Positions 61,201 to 64,000 of a DNA stretch of 64,000 nucleotides are shown piece after piece. Position 1 is the stretch's first letter, and every line of letters begins with the position of its first letter. Position numbers and translations under genes: made by a program. This stretch comes from Eledone cirrhosa (taxonomy: Eukaryota), in assembly GCA_964016885.1 (NCBI GenBank), contig OZ024744.1, positions 82,026,001-82,090,000 on the forward strand, read 5' to 3'. The notes below the pieces were generated by a model, which did no database searches, had not been told where the DNA came from, and saw only the letters and a list, made by a program, of their open reading frames with translations.

Positions 61201-63125
61201 AACTACACAGACCACTAATTTGTGATCTGTGAGATCGACATAGACAGACTTCATAGACAAGGGCCTGGTTACTGGAAGCTGAACGCGTCTTTCCCGGCGC
61301 GCAAGGCCTACAGAGACCGGATTAGCGTATTAGTTAAGCGGGCGTTGACGGGAGCGGTCGTCAACAACAGGTGGTGGTTCGCCCTGAAAAGGGCAATTAA
61401 AGTAGAGTCGATTAGGTTTAGCAAAGGAGTAGTGATAGAGGAAAATAGAGTAGAGGGAGAGCTAGTCAGAAAGCTAGAAGTGGCGTTTAGGACAGGAATC
61501 GCAACCGACATGCTTGCGGCGAGATTGGCACTCGACCAATTCTTCAACGCAATACACGAAGGCTGCGTTGTCAGACTAAAGCGCGTGCTCTGAAACACGA
61601 GGGGACAAAAGCCGTCCAATGGACCCGAGTGGCAGAGGCGCCACGTGGCAACAAAGCCACAATTCGGTCTTTGCCTGACCAAAACGGGTGCGTGAAGCCC
61701 GAACCCGAGCGGATGTGTGAAGCTTTTCAGCAGCACTTTGCTGAACTGTTCGGGAGCGGCGGCGGCCCGGATCGGGACATGGACTTCAGTGCATACCTCG
61801 ACGGACTGCCTCGGCTCTCGACGACCGCAGCACAGTGTTGCGAAAAGCCAATAACAGCCGGTGAAATACGGGAAGCGATGGCTAACTGCACAAGAGGTAA
61901 ATCGCCAGGTTTAGATGGTCTGCCCTACGAGCTTTATGCATTTATGCCAGACTTGTTCGGTGACCTCTTGGCAGACGTCTACTGCAACTGGCAGCAGAAC
62001 GGGAGCATTCCCAGTTTTGTGAGCCGGGGAGCAGTGGCGCTGCTGAGAAAAGAGCCGAACAAGGGGGATGTTATTGATAATTTCAGGCCCATAACCCTGC
62101 TAAACACAGAGTTCAAGATTTTGGCCAAGGTGTTAGCAACGAGGTTGGCGCTTGTCGTCAAGAGTCTGGTGGGAGAGGCTCAGACATGCACCATTCCGGA
62201 CAGATCCATACACGACAACCTCCACCTCATGCGATACATCATAGAGAGGGTGGTTAAGGAACCTGGCAAGGGTGGGGCCCTGATCAACTTGGATCAATCC
62301 AAAGCATTCGATAGGGTCGACCATCGGTACCTAGCGGCGGTCTTCGAGGCAGCCGGTTTCGGGCCCGTTTTCAGGGGTTGGATCGCAGGAATGTACAGCG
62401 ACATCTGCTCAGTTGTGAGGGTGAACGGTCACCTGTCGCAGTCGTTCAGCATCATGCGCTCAGTCCGCCAGGGTTGTCCCCTCTCGTCCCTCTTGTACGT
62501 ATTGGCTCTCGAGCCGTTACTGCACAAACTGGGGGTGATGAGGGGCGTCCCACGCGAACTAGGATGCGGGAAATCCGAGTCGGCTTACGCTGACGACGTC
62601 ACCGTGGTGGTGTCGAGCACCAGACACGTCCAGATGCTCGGCACCGCTTTCAAGGAATACGAAGCGGTGACAGGAGCAAAGATAAACCAGGAAAAGTCGG
62701 TGGGCTTGCAGCTAGGCACTTGGAGAGGCAAGTCCATGCCGTCCGACAGCGTCGTGGGGCGTTGGACGGACGGACCGGTTAAATTGCTCGGGGTCTGGTT
62801 CGGACCGGACCTCCAGTGGAGAAAAACTGGAACGCGGTGACGAGCCTCCCTCACCCAGAAATGGGCTGAGAGGAAGCTGTCCCTGAAAGGCCGGGCGGAA
62901 GTGGCGAATGCGTACATCGCATCCGTCATCTGCTACCCCCTCACCGTCGTCCCTTGCTCCAGCCCAACTCTCACCAAAATGGAGCGCCTCCTCTTCCGCT
63001 TTTTGTGGAAGGGACGCGCTCCCATGGTCAGACGATCCATCTGCTGTCAACACCCGTTGCGTGGAGTACTGGGAATGCCATGGCTGATGATGCGCAAACA
63101 TGCGCTGAGGCTGCGACATCTCTGG
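58292..63125 (+). mobile_element. Second, decayed and 3'-interrupted Tx1 element in tandem
   Basis: ORF1 from 58507 (TGA at 59281, frameshift near 59430); ORF2 from 60535 with stops and frameshifts at about 61160, 61580 and 62820; sequence breaks off at LRLRHL. Confidence 0.92.
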
Positions 63126-63134
63126 TGCTTATAT

Positions 63135-64000
63135 CGCATTTCCTCGCTCCTTAGGGTCACTAAGGATTGAGCCTTTGCCTCCTGGGGTGTGGCAAAAAGC
63201 ACGTCCACGGCGGCATATTTCTTGACTCGGGTGATATGCGTTTTCCGCTGCCTCACAGACACTAAGGCTTTTTGTATTTGAGCCTCTGTGGCTCTTTCAA
63301 CCCTAGGTGATTTTGTGCTTACTGTACAGTGCTGTTGGATTTCTAAAATTTCTTCGGCTGCCTTGCAGATTGCTCGGTGTCCGGTTTTCGTCCTTGCTTC
63401 CTGTAATTCTTCATTTGTTATAAAGATGGTTTCCAGGTTCTTTGCGATAGCTGCAAACGAGATTGGTTTTTCTTTCTTGTTGTTGTTGTTGTCGTTAGAG
63501 CTGCTGTTACTTTTGTTGTTGCTGCTGGTACTACGATCGCCGCCGCCTCTGTTGCTGTTGTTGTTGTTGCTGTTGTTATTGTTGTTGTTGTTGTCGTTGT
63601 TTTTGTTGCTGTTGTGGCTGCTGCTAGTATTTTTCTCGCCCCTGTTGCTGCTGCTGCTGTTATTACGGCTGTTGCTGCTATTCTTCATGACGCCAGACGA
63701 ATGAAATGGCTTTCCGTATTTACCGCACACATCTTTCGTTGTTGCCGTCATCGTGGAGAAATGTTTCACAGTACGCGCGTTCTCTTGATGAAGAACGCTA
63801 CGAGAAACTACATTTTTCTTTTTCTTTAATGGTGTCGCTTGCGAAAGAGTCGACAGAGGCGACACCACATTTAGAGAAGGGAGGGAGAGAGACAATCTTT
63901 TCTCTGGCGTAATGACAATTGGGGAAGAAGAAAACGGAAGGAGAGGGAGTGACTTGTGAACAATTTTTTTTGTAGCCATGGTTTTTTACGGTTTAAAATG
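63135..64000 (-). mobile_element. Inverted Tx1 ORF1 5' segment (same subfamily as 52422)
   Basis: MATKKIVHKSLPL...LRSEEM is homologous to 52422-53250; runs off the window. Confidence 0.92.

Overview
Animal (metazoan) genomic DNA, AT-rich and packed with microsatellites ((TA)n, (CA)n, (TATG)n, (TATC)n, (TTA)n, (GA)n). The SINE families and repeat style suggest a cephalopod such as Octopus; this is an inference. I find no host protein-coding exon, rRNA, tRNA or CRISPR array. The window is a retroelement landscape. It holds one apparently intact RTE-clade LINE (ORF 9959-13504: APE, RT, three C2H2 fingers) and one apparently intact Tx1/L1-clade element (ORF1 52422-54512, ORF2 54548-57967). It also holds many truncated Tx1 copies, R4/Dong and CRE fragments with restriction-like endonuclease, a Penelope RT/GIY-YIG fragment, mariner remnants, two tRNA-derived SINE families and two non-autonomous bipartite RTE derivatives. 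Main findings: (1) several hammerhead-ribozyme-like motifs, and palindromic Penelope-like mini-elements in (TA)n whose fold-back axis lies in or next to the hammerhead stem II; (2) a SINE-like RTE derivative carrying a 35-codon single C2H2-finger ORF that is open in all five copies spanning it; (3) apparent partitioning of microsatellite types among retroelement families; (4) twin-priming-type inversions. All calls were made by eye, so element boundaries are approximate.
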